A stretch of 64,000 nucleotides of DNA from the human T2T-CHM13v2.0 reference genome, Homo sapiens: the NCBI RefSeq assembly GCF_009914755.1, contig NC_060946.1, one strand, 5' to 3'. Positions 1-15,654 of the stretch are shown piece by piece. The notes beneath the pieces are model-generated. The model saw only the letters and a list, made by a program, of their open reading frames with translations. It was not told the DNA's origin and did no database searches. Each line of letters starts with the position of its first letter. Positions within the stretch are counted from its first letter, which is position 1. The position numbers and the translations under genes are program-made.

Positions 1-3000
1 GGAATGAAATGGAGTTGAAAGGAATGGAATGGTGTGGAGTGGAGTGGATTGGAGAGTAGTGGAGTGTTGTGGAGATGGGTTAAATAGAATGGCGTGGAAT
101 AGAGTGGAATAGAGCGGAGGGGAATGGAATGGAGTAGAGTGGACTGGAATGGACTAGAAAGGAATGGAATGGAATGGAGTGGATTTGAATGGATTGGAAT
201 GGAATCGAATGGAATGGAGTAGAGTTGAATGGAATGGAGTGTAATGGAGTTGAGTGGAGTGGAATTGGGTGGAGTTGACTGGAGATGAATAGAGTGGAGT
301 TAAGTGGAATGGAATGGAGTGGAGTGGAATGGAGTGGACTGGAGTGATTTGGAGTGGAGTGGAGTGGAATGGAGTGGAGAGGAGTGTAATGGAGTGGAGT
401 GGAGTGGAGTGGAGTGGAAAGGATTTCCGCAGAATGGAGTGTAGTGTAGTGGTGTGGAGTTGAGTGGATTGGAGTGGAATGGAGTGTCGTGTATTGGAGT
501 GGATTGGAATGCATTGGAGTGGAGTGGAATGGAGTGGAGAGGAGAGTAATGGAGAGGAGTGGAGCGTAATTGAGTGGAAAGGAATGGAGTGGAATGGAAT
601 AGAATGGAGTGGAATCAAATGGACTGGAAGAGAATGGAGTGGAATGGAGTGGAGTGCAGTGGAATCGAATGGAATGGAGTGGAATGGAATGGAATGGAAT
701 GGAGTGGAATGGAATGGAGTGGAATGGAATGGAGTGGAATGGAATGGAATTCAGTGTTGTGTAACAGTGTAATTGAGTGGAGAGTAGTGGAATGGAATGG
801 AATGGAGTGGAGTGGAATATAATATAATTGACTAGAAAGGAATGGAATGGAGTTTAGTGGAGTGGAATGGAATTGAATGGAATGGAGTGCAATGGAGTGG
901 AATGGATTGCAGTGGGGTGGAATATAATATAATGTAGTGGAAAGAAGTTGAATGGAGAGGAGGAAAATGGAATGAAGTGGAATGGAACGGAATGGAGTGG
1001 AATGGAGTGGAGTGAAGTGGACTTGTATGGAATGGGAAGGAGTGGAATGGAATGGAGTGGAATGGAGTGGACTGGAGTGGAGTCGAATGGAATGGGGTAG
1101 ACTGGAATGGAATGGAATGTTGTGGAGTTATATGGAGTAGAGTGGAATGGAGTGGAGTGTAATGGTACGGAATGGAGTGGAATGGAATGGAATGGAACGG
1201 AGTGGAGTGGAATGGAATGGAATGGAACGGAATGGAGTGGAGGGGATTGGAGTGGAGTGGAGTGGAAAACAATGCAATGGAGTGGAATTGATTGGAGTTG
1301 CGTGGAGTGGAATGGAATGGAGTCGAGTGGAATGGGGTGGAATGAAATAGAGTGGAATGGAATGGAATTGCCTGGAATGGAATGGAACAGAGTGGAGTGA
1401 AGTGGAGTGAAATGGGGTGGAATGGAGTGGAAGAGAGTGGAGGGGAATGGAATGGAGTGGAATGGAGTGGAATGGAGTGGAGTGCTGTGGAATGGAGTGG
1501 AGTGGAGAGCAATGGAATAGAATGGAGTGGAATGGAATGGAGAGGACTGGATTGGGATAGAGTGGAATGGAATGGATTGGAATGGAATGGAATGGAGTGG
1601 TGTGTATTGGAGTGGAAAGGAGTGGAATGGATTGGAATGGAGTGGAGTGGAATGGATTGGAATGGAGTGGAGTGGAATGGAATGTAGTGGAGTGCAGTGG
1701 AGTGGACTGGATTGGATTGCAGTGGAGTGGAGTGGAGTGGAATGGAGTGGAGTGGAGTGGAATCGAGTGGAATGGAATGAAATGGAGTGGAATGGATTGG
1801 AATGGAGTGGAGTGGAATGGAATGCTGTGGAATGGAATTGAATGGACTGACATGGAGTGGAATGGTGTGTAGTGGTGTGGAATGCAATGGAGTGTATTGG
1901 AATGCAATGGAATCGATTGGAGTGGAATGTTGTGGAATGGCGTGGTGTGGAGTGGAGTTGAGTGGATTGGAATGGAATGGAATGCAGTGGGAATGGAATG
2001 GATTGTAATGGAATGGAGTGGAGTGGCATGGAGTAGAATGCTGTGTATTGGAATGGAGTGGAGTGGAATGGGACGAAAAGGAATGGAGTCGATTGGAATT
2101 AACTGGAATGGAGTGGAGCAGAGTGGAATGGAGTATAGTGGAAAGGAGTGGAGTGCAGTGGAAAGGAGTGGAGTGAAGTGGAATGGAATTGAGTGGAGTG
2201 GAGTTGAGAGGAGTGGAGTGGAGTGGAATGTCATGGAGTGGAGTGGAATGAAGTGGATTGGAGTGGAATGGATTTTAGTGTAGTGGAATGGAGAGGAGTG
2301 GAATGGAGTGGAGTGGAGGAGGGCAGTAGAAAGAAGTGGAGTGGAATGGAGTGGAGTGGAATGGAAAGTAGTAGAGTGGAGTTGAATGGAGTGGAGTGGA
2401 GTGAAATGGAACGGAGTGGAGTGCAATGGAGTGGAGTGGAATCAAGTAGAGTGGAGTGGAATGGATTGGAGTGGATTGAAGTGTAATGGAGTGGAATAGA
2501 ATGGAATGGAATAGACTGGAGTGGAGTGGAAAGGATGCAGTTGAGTGGAATGGAATTGAGTGGAGTGGAATGGAATGGAATGAGTTGGAGTCGAGTGAAA
2601 TGGAATGGAATGGAATGGAATGGAATGGAATGGAATGGAATGGAATGGAATGCCATGGAATGGAATGGAATGGAATGGAATGCCATGGAATGGAATGGAA
2701 TGGAATGGAATGGAATGGAATGGAATGGAGTTCAATGGACTGGATTCGAATGGAATTGACAGAAATGGCATGGAATTGAATGGAATGGAGTGTAGGGCAG
2801 TGGAGTGGATTGGAGTGGAGTGGAATGAAATGGAGTGGAAAGGAGTGGAAAGTAGAGGAGTAGAATAGAATGTAGGGGAGTGGAATAGAAAGCAGTGGAA
2901 CAGAATGGAATGGAATGGAGTGGAGTGGAATAGAGTACAGTGGAATGGAGAGGAGTGGACTGGAATGGAGTGGAGTAGAATGGATTGGAATGGAACAGAG

Positions 3001-4559
3001 TGGAATGAAATTGAGTGGAGTGGAATGGAGTGGAGTGGAGTGGAAAGGATTGAAGTGGAATGGAATGGAATGGAGAGGAGTTGAATGGAGTGGAGAGGAG
3101 GAGAGTGGTATGGAATCGAAAGGAGTGTAGTGGAGTGCAATGGAATTTAATGGAGTGGAATGGAATGGAGTTGGGTGGATTGGAATGGAGTGGAATGGAA
3201 TGGATTGGAATGGAATGGAATGGAGTGGAATGCAGTGGAGTGGAGTTGAGCAGAATATGGTGGAGGGGAATGGAGTGGAGTGGACTGGAATGTAATGGAA
3301 TGGAGTGGAATGGAGAGCAGTGGAATGGAGTGGAGTGTAGTGGAATGGAATGGAGTGGAATGGAATGGAGTGGAGTGGAGTGGAATAGAATGGAGTACAA
3401 TGGAGTGGAATGGAGTGGAATAGATTGGAGTGGAGTGGAATGAAGTGGATTGGAATGGAGTGGAGGGGAGTGGGATGGAATGGAATGGAGTGGAGTGGAT
3501 TGGTGTGGAGTGGAATGGAGTGGAGTGAAATGGAGTGGAATGGAGGGAAAAGGAGTGGAGGGGAATGGCATGGAGTGGAGTGAATAGGAGTGGAGTGGAA
3601 TGAAGTGGAGTGAAGTGGAGTGGAGTGGTGTGGAATGGAATGAAGTGGAATGGTGTGGATTAGAATGGAATTTAATGGAGTGGAATGGAATGGAGTTGTT
3701 TGGAATGGAATGAGGTGGAATGGTGTGGATTAGAATGGAATTTAATGGAGTGGAATGGAATGGATTGGAGTGGATTGGAATGGAGAATAATGGAAAGGAT
3801 TGGAATGGAATGGAATGGAGTGGAGTGCAGTGTAGTGGAGTGGAATGGAATGGAGTAGCGAGGAATGGACTGGAGTGGAATGCAATGGAGTGTAATAGAG
3901 AGCAGTGGAATGGAATGCAATGGAGTGGAATGGAATGGGTGGAGTGGAAGGGAGTGGAGTTGCACAGATTGGAATGAAATGGAATGGAATGCAGTGGAAT
4001 GGAGTGGAATGTGGTGGATTGTAAAGAAATTGAGTGGAATGGAGAGGCATGAAGTGGAATGGATTGGAGTGGAGTGGAACGGAAATGGACTGGAATGGAG
4101 TGGAATGGCATACAATGGAATGGAATGGAGAAGAATGGAGTGGAATGGAGTGGAATGCAGTGGAGTCTATTGGAATTGAGTGGATTGGAATGGAATGAAG
4201 AGGAATGGAGTGGAATGGAGTAGAATGCAGTGCAGTCTATTGGAATTGAGTGGATTGGAATGGAATGGAGTGGAGTGAAATTGAATGGAAAGGTATGGAA
4301 TGGCATGTAATTTAATGGATGGGAATGGAATGGAGTGGAATAGATTTGAGTGGAGTGGCATGTAATGGAGTAGAATGGCATGGAATGGAGTGGACTGGAG
4401 TGGAATCGAAAGGACTGAAATGTAATGGAGTGGAGAGGAATGAAATGGAATGGAATGGAATAGAATGGAATGGAATGGGATGGGATGGAATGGAATGGAA
4501 TGAAATTGAATGGAATGTAATGGCATGCAATGGAATGGAACGGAGTGGAGTAGAGTGGA

Positions 4560-7460
4560 GTGGAGTGAAGCGGAGAGGTGTGGAATGGAATGGAGTGGAA
4601 TAGCATGGAATGGAATAATTTGGAGTGGAGTGGAACAGAATGGAGTGGAGTGGAATGGAATGGAGTGGAATGGAAGGGAATGAAATGGAATTTAGTGGAG
4701 TGGATTGGATTGGAGTGGAATGGAATGAAATGGAATGGAATGGAATGGAGTGGAATGGAGTAGAGTGGAATGGAATGGAAAGCAATGGCATGGAATAGAA
4801 TGGAATGGAATGTAGCGCAGTGGAGTTAATTGGAATGAAAGGAGTGGAATGGAGTGGAAAAAAGGGGAGTGGAATAGAATGTAGTGGAGTGGAATGGAAT
4901 GCAGTGGGACGTAAAGGAATGGAATGGAATGGAGTGGAATGGAGTGCAGTGGAATGGAGAGCAGTGGAGTGGAATGGAGTGGAGTGGAAGGAAGTGGAAT
5001 GGAATGGAATGGAGGGGAATGGAGTGGTATGGAGTGGAGTGTAGTGGAATGGTATGGAATGGAATGGAATGGAATGGAATGGAATGGAATGGAATGCAGT
5101 GGTGTGTAATGGGGTGGAATTGAGTGGAGAGTAGTTGAATGGAATGAAATGGAGTGGAGTGGAGTGGAATGGAATATATTGGAGTGGAAAGGAGTGGAAT
5201 GGAGTGGAGTGGAGTGGAATGGAATGGAGTGGAATGGAATAGAATGGAGTGGAAAGGAGTGTAATGGAGGGGAGCGGAATGGAATGGAATGGAGTGGAAT
5301 GTAATGTAATGGAATGGAATGGAATGGAATGGAGTTGACAAGATTGGAGTGTTGTGGTGTGGAGTGGAACTGAATCGAGTGGAATGGAGTGTAATTGAGT
5401 GGAGTGGAATGGAATGGAGTAGTGTGGAATGGAATGGACAGGAATGGAATGGAATGGAAAGTCGTGGAGTTGAATGGAGTGGAGTGGAATGGAGTGGCAT
5501 GGGTTGAAGTGTAACGGTATGGAATGGAGTGGAATGGAATGGAATGGAATGGAGTGGAATGTAATGGAATGGAATGGAGTGGAATGGAATGGAATGGAGT
5601 GGAATGGAATGGAATGGAATGGAGTGGATTGGAGTGGAGTGGAGTGGAGCGGAATGCAATGGAGTGGATTGGAGTGGATTGGAGTGGCGTTGAGTGGAAT
5701 GGAATGCAGTTGAGAGGAATGGAGTGGGATGGAATAGAGTGGATTGGAGTGGAATGGCCTGGGTTGGAATGGAGTGGAATGGAGTGGAGTGGAATGGAGT
5801 GGAGTGGAATGGAATGGAGTGGAGTGGAGTGTAATGAAGTAGATTGGAGTGTTGTGGAATGGAGTGGAGTGGAGTGGAGTGAAATGGAATTGAATGGAGT
5901 GGAATGGAATGGAGTGCAGTGTATTGGCATAGAATGGAATGGAATGGATTGAAATGGAATGGAATGGAGTGGTGTGTATTGGAGTGGATATGAGTGGAGT
6001 GGACTGGAGTGGACTGGAGTGGAATGGAATGGAGTGGAATGGAGTGGAATAGAATGGAATGGAATAATTTGGAGTGGAGTGGAACGGAATGGAGTGGAGT
6101 GGAATGGAGTGGAGTGGAATGGAAGGGAATGGAATGGAATTTAGTGGAGTGGATTGGAATGGAATTGAATCGAATGGAATGGAATGGAATGGAATGCCAT
6201 GGAATGGAATGGAGTGGAATGGAGTGGAGTGGAATGGAATAGAAAGCAATGGCATGGAATAGAATGGAATGTAATGGAGGGCAGTGGAGTGGAGTGGAAT
6301 GAAAGGAGTGGAATGGAGTCGAAAAAAGGGTAGTGGAATAGCATGTAGTGGAGTGGAATGGAATGCAGTGGAACGTAAAGGAATGGAATGCAATGGATTG
6401 GAATGGAGTGTAGTGGAATGGAGTGCAGTAGAGTGGAATGGAGTGGAGTGGAAGGGAGTGGAATGGAGTGGAGTGGAGTGGAATGGAATGGAATGGTGTG
6501 GAATGGAATGGAATGGAATGGAATGGAATGCAGTGGTGTTTAATGGAGTGGAATTGAGTGGAGGGTAGTGGAATAGAATCGAGTGGAGTGGAGTGGAATG
6601 GAATATATTGGAGTGGAAAGGAGTGGAGTGGAATGGAATCGTGTAGAATGGAATGGAATGGAGTGGAATGTAATGTAATGGAGGGTAGTGAAATGGAATG
6701 GAATGGAGTGGACTGGAGTGGAGTGGTGTGGTGTGGATTGGAACTGAATAGACTGGAATGGAGTGTAACTGAGTGGAATGGAATGGAATGGAGTAGTGTG
6801 GAATGGAATGGACAGGAATGGAATGGAATGGAATGTCGTGGAGTTGAATTTATTGGTGTGTAATGGAGTGGTATGGGGTGAAGTGTACTGGTATGTAATG
6901 GAGTGGAATGGAATGGAATGGAGTGGAATGTGATGTAATGCAATGTAATGGAATGGAATGGAATGAAATGAAATGAAATGGAATCGAATGGAATGGAGTG
7001 GAGTCGATTGGAGTGGATTGGAGTGGAGCATAATGCAATGGAGTGGAGTGGAGTGGATTGGAGTGGCAAGGAGTTGAATGGAATGGAGTAGAGAGGAATG
7101 GAGTGGAATGGAATACAGTGGAATGGAATGGAATGGCCTGAGTTGGAATGGATTGGAGTGGAGTTCAGTGCAGTGGAATGGAGTGAAGTGGAGTGGAATG
7201 GAGTGGAGTGGAGTGGAGTGGAGTGGTGTCGAATGGAGTTGAGTGGAGTGAAATGGAGTGGAATGGAATGGAATGGAGTAGAGTGGAGTGGAATGGAGTG
7301 GAGTGGAGTGGTGTGGAATGGAGTGGAGTGGAGTGAAATGGAATGGAATGGAATGGAATGGAGTGGACTGTATTGTAATAGATTGGAATGGAATGGATTG
7401 GAATTGAATGGAATGGAGTGGTGTGTATTGGAGTGGAGAGTAGTGGAATGGAGTCGAGTG
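4560..7460 (+). repeat. Diverged tandem duplication of about 1.4-1.46 kb within the satellite (two copies; limits approximate)
   Basis: Rare landmarks recur in the same order: GGAATAATTTGG 4612/6061, AGCAATGGCATGGAATAG 4781/6245, CGTAAAGGAAT ~4910/~6374, GGAATATATTGG 5171/6600, GGACAGGAAT 5436/6810, GAATGGCCTG ~5752/7131, GTGTGTATTGG 5972/7421. Confidence 0.85.
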
Positions 7461-7762
7461 GAGTGGAGTGGACTGGAGTGGAATGGAATGGAATGGAATG
7501 GATTGGAATGGAGTGGAATGGAATGGATTGGAATGGAGTGTAATGCAGTGGAGTGGAGTGGAATGGAGTGGAATGGAGTGGAGTGGAGAGAAGTGGAGTG
7601 GAATGGAGTGGAATGGAATGGAATGGAGTGGAATGGACTGGCGTGGAATGGAATGTAGTGGAATGGAGTGGAGTGGAGTGGTTTGGAGTTGAGACGAGTG
7701 CAGTAGAATGGAATGGAATGGAATAGAATGGAATGAAATGGAATAGATTGGTGAAATTAAAT

Positions 7763-7818
7763 GTGAGCTGAGATTGTGCCACTGCACTCCGTCCTAGGTG
7801 ACAGAGTGATATCCTGTC
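7763..7818 (+). mobile_element. Alu right-arm 3' fragment embedded in satellite (copy 1)
   Basis: GTGAGCTGAGATTGTGCCACTGCACTCC...GGTGACAGAGTGA matches the Alu 3' end. Confidence 0.9.
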
Positions 7819-8157
7819 GAAGGAAAGGAATTGAACGGATTAGAGTGGAATGGAATGGAATGGAATGGAATGGAATGGAATGGAATGGAATGGAATGGAG
7901 TGGGTTGGAGTGGAGTGGAGTGAAATGAAGAGGAATGGAATGAGATGTAATGGAAAGGAATGCAGTGGAGTAGAGTGGAATGGAGTGGAGTGGGTTGGAG
8001 TGGAGTGGAGTGGAGTGGAGTGGAATGAAGAGGAATGGAATGGCATGTAATGGAAGGGAATGCAGTGGAGTGGAGTGGAGTGGTGTGGAATGGAATTAAA
8101 TGCAATTGGATGGAATGGAATAGAACGGAATAGAATTGAATGAAATGGAATGGAATG

Positions 8158-8471
8158 AAAAGCTCAAACGAAATGTGGGCTGAGATTGTGCCACTGCACT
8201 CCAGCCTGGGTGACGGAGTGAGATCCTGATGAAATAAAAGAATGGAATGGAATGAATTGGAATGAAATGGAATGGAATGGAATGGAATGGAATGGAATGG
8301 AATGGAATGGAATGAAAAGCTCAAATGAAATGTGGGCTGAGATTGTGCCACTGCACTCCAGCCTGGGTGACGGAGTGAGATCCTGATGAAATAAAAGAAT
8401 GGAATGGAACGAATTGGAATGAAATGGAATGGAATGGAATGGAATGGAATGGAATGGAATGGAATGGAATG
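8158..8471 (+). repeat. Tandem duplication, period 157 bp, of an Alu-fragment plus satellite unit (Alu pieces at 8175-8228 and 8332-8385)
   Basis: AAAAGCTCAAA starts at 8158 and 8315. Each is followed by the same Alu fragment and then ATGAAATAAAAGAATGGAAT. Confidence 0.92.
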
Positions 8472-8955
8472 GCGTGTAATGCACTGGAGTGGAGTGGAAT
8501 GGAGTGAAGTAGAGTGGAAGGGAGTGGAATGGAATGGAATGGAATGGAGTGGAATGGAATGGAATGGAATGGAATGGAATGGAATGGAATGGAATGGAAT
8601 GGAGTGGAATGGAATGGAGTGGAATGGAATGGAATGGAATGGAATGGAATGGAATGGAATGGAATGGAGTGGAATGGAATGGAGTGGAATGGAATGGAAT
8701 GGAATGGAATGGAGTGGAGTGGAGTGGAATGGAATGGAATGGAATGGAGTGGAGTGGAATGGAATGGAATGGAATGGAATGGAGTGGAGTGGAATGGAAT
8801 GGAATGGAGTGGAATGGAATGGAGTGGAATGGAATGGAATGGAATGGAATGGAATGGAGTGGAGTGGAATGGAATGGAGTGGAATGGAATGGAGTGGAAT
8901 GGAATGGAATGGAATGGAATGGAATGGAATGGAGTGGAGTGGAGTGAAGTGGAGT

Positions 8956-9560
<605 letters not shown>

Positions 9561-10892
9561 TCCTGAGAAGTTTGTTGGGACTTTCAGCTAGGAGATAATA
9601 TGTTGTGAGTCTTGAGTATCTCAAATGATACCAGGTAAGAAGTTTTTCTTGTCTGGAGAGCAGAGAGCCAGTGCATAATTTTATACAGAAGAGGGAATAA
9701 AGAGAATTCTCTAAAATTTGAATCAGAAATATGGCTCATATTTTTATGTACAACAATCTCTAAGGCTTCTTGGAAAGGAACTAGCTGCCTGATTTTTTTT
9801 TCATTTGAATCCACTAATACATGAAGAGGATGATTCTCCCATACCAATCACGAGAATGATATCTGTAGAATCAAAATTTGAAATCCTATTATCCTAGAGC
9901 TTTTTTCAGAAACCTTGAACATGTATTGAAATGTCATGCTGGTCATATATTTTATAACAATGAGGAATTTACTCATTATATACTTTAGCTTTTTAGCCCT
10001 TTCCCTGCCACCAGAAATGTTTCTTTTGAATCCAATATGGTCCTCAGGGTTTAAGAATGTTAAGGAATGTATAGGGGTTTCTTTTTTCTTCTTTTTTTTT
10101 GTCAAGCTATTGTATATTTTTACTTTACCTGTTTGGGTATGAAGTTACTATTTGTTTGGACTCTCATACCAGAAAAAAAATTATAGTGAATTTTACAAGT
10201 ACGGAGTCTTCCTTAATCTGTATAAACTGATAAGTTTAGAATATCAAAGTCAACACTGTAAAAAATAAAGTGATATTTTGTCTGGTCTATCTCCTTGCAA
10301 ATAAAAAAACAATAAATTCTGTACTATTATGAAATACATGAGCTTGAATATTTTTCAAGTGACTTGTGTAGAATGGCCTTCGAATCCAAGGTATAAACTA
10401 CAACAAAACACTTTCGAGATCTAGTTTGATTGCAGAGTGCATTCTTACTCATTTATATATTCTCTGCAATTTCTGATTCAAGATATTTCACAATTCTAAA
10501 GGAAAGCCAAAATAGGATAATAATTACAAAACAAAATAAAAAGTAATTGAGGAAGATAATTAAGCAACTTACTCTTGACAACTAGCTTTTTAACAAACAG
10601 AAAAGTACACTAAAAATACTGCCGAGTTGTTTAACGTAGGCTGAGATCTGACTGTATCCCCTAAGTGAGTGTCATAAAGAAAAAATTACCTTTGAGGGAG
10701 CACAGTGGTTAAATTTAAAAGATTTATTGTTTAACCTCAGGAAGACTTTCAGTAACTTTTTATAAAATGTATACATTTAATGGAAGACATGCTATGCTTC
10801 TTGTAAGAATTTGTTCCAAGTCATTGTGTACAATTAATGGCTTCTCTATATATTTTTTCAATAAAACTGTTCATGCAGAATTTTAAGTAGGC

Positions 10893-11780
10893 ACTTTCAA
10901 TACCAGAATGAATGTGTCCTTGTGAAGATACCATTTATGTACCATAACATCCAAAGCATAATGAGATTTTGATACACTGCAGATTTAGAACTGAGTTGGA
11001 AAACAAAACTTCGAGATACTGTCTTGTCAGCACAAAGCAAATAAATTCATCACTGTAAGTTGAGGTTTAAATTCACAAACTTATAAGCAATAAAATCAAA
11101 GTAATTTTATTATAAGTTTTTTGACGCCAGATTATATGGGGTAAATAATTTATTTTCTAATCAAGCAATTGATACATATAAACCTGAAATAGAGAGTTTT
11201 CCCTTTTAATTAGATACATTGTGAAGCAAAGAATGGTTGAAGCAGCAGTTGAGAATTATCTTTTTCTCTTTTTGCTGTTCTTACAAGGACAGTTTCTAGA
11301 ATTGTTTTCAAAACAATAGAACAGAAAATTTCACTTACTCACTTAATTTAACTTTTGTTAATATACTTTGCCAAAATTAGCAAACTATGAAAGGAAAGTT
11401 TGCCTTTTCAATATATATGTAAGTGGCAAGTAAAAGTTGTTCTTAAATCACGTGATCTCAGAAATAACATGGGATAAAAAGAGTTGTGAATGTGTTCAGA
11501 AAATGCCAGTCCTAAATGGATTGCTTTGGTGTACTGATTACATCGAACTGAAAATATTTGAAAAACAACAATTGCGGGACATGCTTTCTCTGCACTCCCT
11601 TTACGTTCCTCAAGGGAGGTCCTCCAAAAGGAACTTTCAATACCAGAATGAATGTATCTTTGTAAAGATACCATTTATCTACCATAATATCCAAAGTGTG
11701 ATGAGGAGATTTTTATACACTGCAGATTTAGAACTGAATTGGAAAACAAAGCTTCAAGATACTGTCTTGTCAGCACAAAG
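10893..11780 (+). repeat. Dispersed ~145-bp direct duplication (10893-11037 and 11633-11780), probably the 3' end of a hAT-Charlie-type transposase fossil
   Basis: The copies differ by about 12 substitutions and one 3-nt indel (hand count). They translate to MCPCE and MYLCK (compare hAT TYLCE), and copy 1 ends LVSTKQ. Confidence 0.75.
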
Positions 11781-11799
11781 ACATTCATCTCCTTCCTAG

Positions 11800-12180
11800 G
11801 AGTTTCATCAGCCAGGGAAAATTGACTCCTCATATCACAGGAGACAAGAATAAGGGTCCATACCACACCAAGACAGACTGCCACAAACTATCATCTATTC
11901 TCCTAAGGGTCTGGTCATCTTTCCCAAAAGTCATTTGCTCTCCCCTAAGTTTCCTACATTCTTCCTCCTGCCTTCCCTATAAGCTCCTAAATCTCACTGG
12001 GGTTTTTTCTTGGTGATGTTTTGTTTGTTTTGTTTTGTTTTTGATTCCACTTTTCTTTCCTGTGATTCCCCCATGTGTGTAATAAATGTGTATACTTATT
12101 CTTCTTTTGACATGCCTGTTATCCATTTATTTCATAGACTCAGTTATCATACCTTCAGAAGGTAGAGGGAAAGTTCTACA
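11800..12180 (+). mobile_element. ERV1-class solo LTR remnant (MER34/MER39-like)
   Basis: CCCTATAAG TATA-like box, AATAAA at ~12081, and the end CCTTCAGAAGGTAGAGGGAAAGTTCTACA resemble the MER34/39 U5. Confidence 0.6.
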
Positions 12181-12479
12181 AGTCCTAAAGTTCCAAAAGA
12201 AAATAGCTAGTAACTGCAAATGCAAAAGTCATATAAACTTTGAGACAAACTTAGCTTCTTATACGATATGTTCAGAAAGAAGAGGTGTGTTACACACCAA
12301 GGGACATTTCCCTGGCCTTAGCTCCTAAGTTTCTCTGAGAAGAAGCAGTTACTACTACAGCAGTTAAACACCTGACTCCCAAATTATAAAAGCCTAAGTG
12401 TTGATTTTAAATCATTAATTGTCACCTGTGAATCATAAAGTCTGAACTCTTTAAATTGCAAATACACATATAAAACGGA

Positions 12480-12612
12480 TACTTATAAAAGGATCCATGA
12501 GTGGAACTGCAAAGTTTTGTCAAAATCTGTATATATGTTTTCTTTTTAAGGGTCATAGATTTCAATATATGTTAAAAGATATCTGGAGCTAGTAAAGATT
12601 AATAACCATTTT
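12480..12612. mobile_element. Old hAT-Charlie MITE remnant (MER103-like)
   Basis: AGGGTCATAGATTTCAAT...AAAGATTAATAACCAT resembles the MER103 terminus. Highly diverged. Confidence 0.35.
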
Positions 12613-13816
12613 CAGTTTTGTGCTGAAATTGGCAAATCATGGCTTTTCTCCCTCCAACACACCCCCTCCTGCCCCAGCACACCACTGGTTAATCTTTATT
12701 TTCAGGAGAGAAAAATATGTTTCATATTAATAAAGGTAAATTATACACTTGTTTGTTTTATACTTTTCCACCTCTTAAGCTTAATCGTGTTTTAATAATA
12801 TATAATTGAATACATTAATATTTAGATGTTAGTAAACGAATAACAAATGTTCATTATTTCTCTTGAGCAGAGGAATACAAATTTTGCACCCATTGTTGTA
12901 TAGAATGATTTTTAAAATCTCATTCAATCCCTTAGAAGTTTAAGATTTTTTTTCAAGAATTTATGTATAAAATTTTTACTTAGAAGCAGATAGTTCACAA
13001 AAAGTATGGGTTTTTTTTGGATTCTAAATAAACTATTCCACTCACCAAGATGGTGAGACATCGTAATTTCTGGGATTTTGAAATGAAAACAAAACACAAG
13101 AATATGACAATGAAGCAAGTGAAAATTAAAAGGGTACAGACTTTAGAAGTACCATAAGCTAAAAATAAAGTGAAACAAATCTGTAAAGGAACCAAAAACC
13201 CAGGCAGATATAACACAGTAAATTATGAGAAGCTAAAAAAAATGACGGGGTGACAAACAATAAAGTGAAAATCTCTGATAAAGCCAAAACTATTTGAATG
13301 GCAGTCAACAAAACAGAAGAAAAAAATGACACTCATACCAAGGCAGAACTATGGAAATGCATCCCCGGGGGTAAGATAATAGAGTTGTGAATTAGTGGAG
13401 GCGAATTGCCAATACTGGCCAACTAAAGCCCGCTAACATGATTCAAACGATAGAGAAATTCTGTACCTGAAGATAAAAAGTCTGAAATATATTATGGTAT
13501 AGTCAAATGAGTGTCATTTCTAATATACACACTTATTTTTCAAGAGTTGATAATATGAAGTAAAAATTTAGTATGCAAAGTTCAAATTTTCCATTTGTTG
13601 AGTAATTCATTTTTATTAAATATTTTCCAACAATTAAAGTGGTACCAGAACAGAGTAGACATTCTGAGCTTTCACATTACAAAAGCTACACATAAATCTA
13701 CATACATTTAAAGGTATAAACAAAGTCAGAGCCTTGTGATATTTCAATAAACAATTGGAGAAAATTTTTCTTTAATAATAGATTATATACATATTGACCT
13801 CTTTGAGATCCTTATT

Positions 13817-15615
<1,799 letters not shown>

Positions 15616-15654
15616 TTGAGATCCTTATTGTGAGAGTCAGTTCAGAATCTGGGG

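Noticed and set aside
7763-8385. Repeat-spacer-like pattern resembling a CRISPR array
   Set aside because: The repeats are Alu fragments, the spacers are satellite, the DNA is primate, and there are no cas genes.
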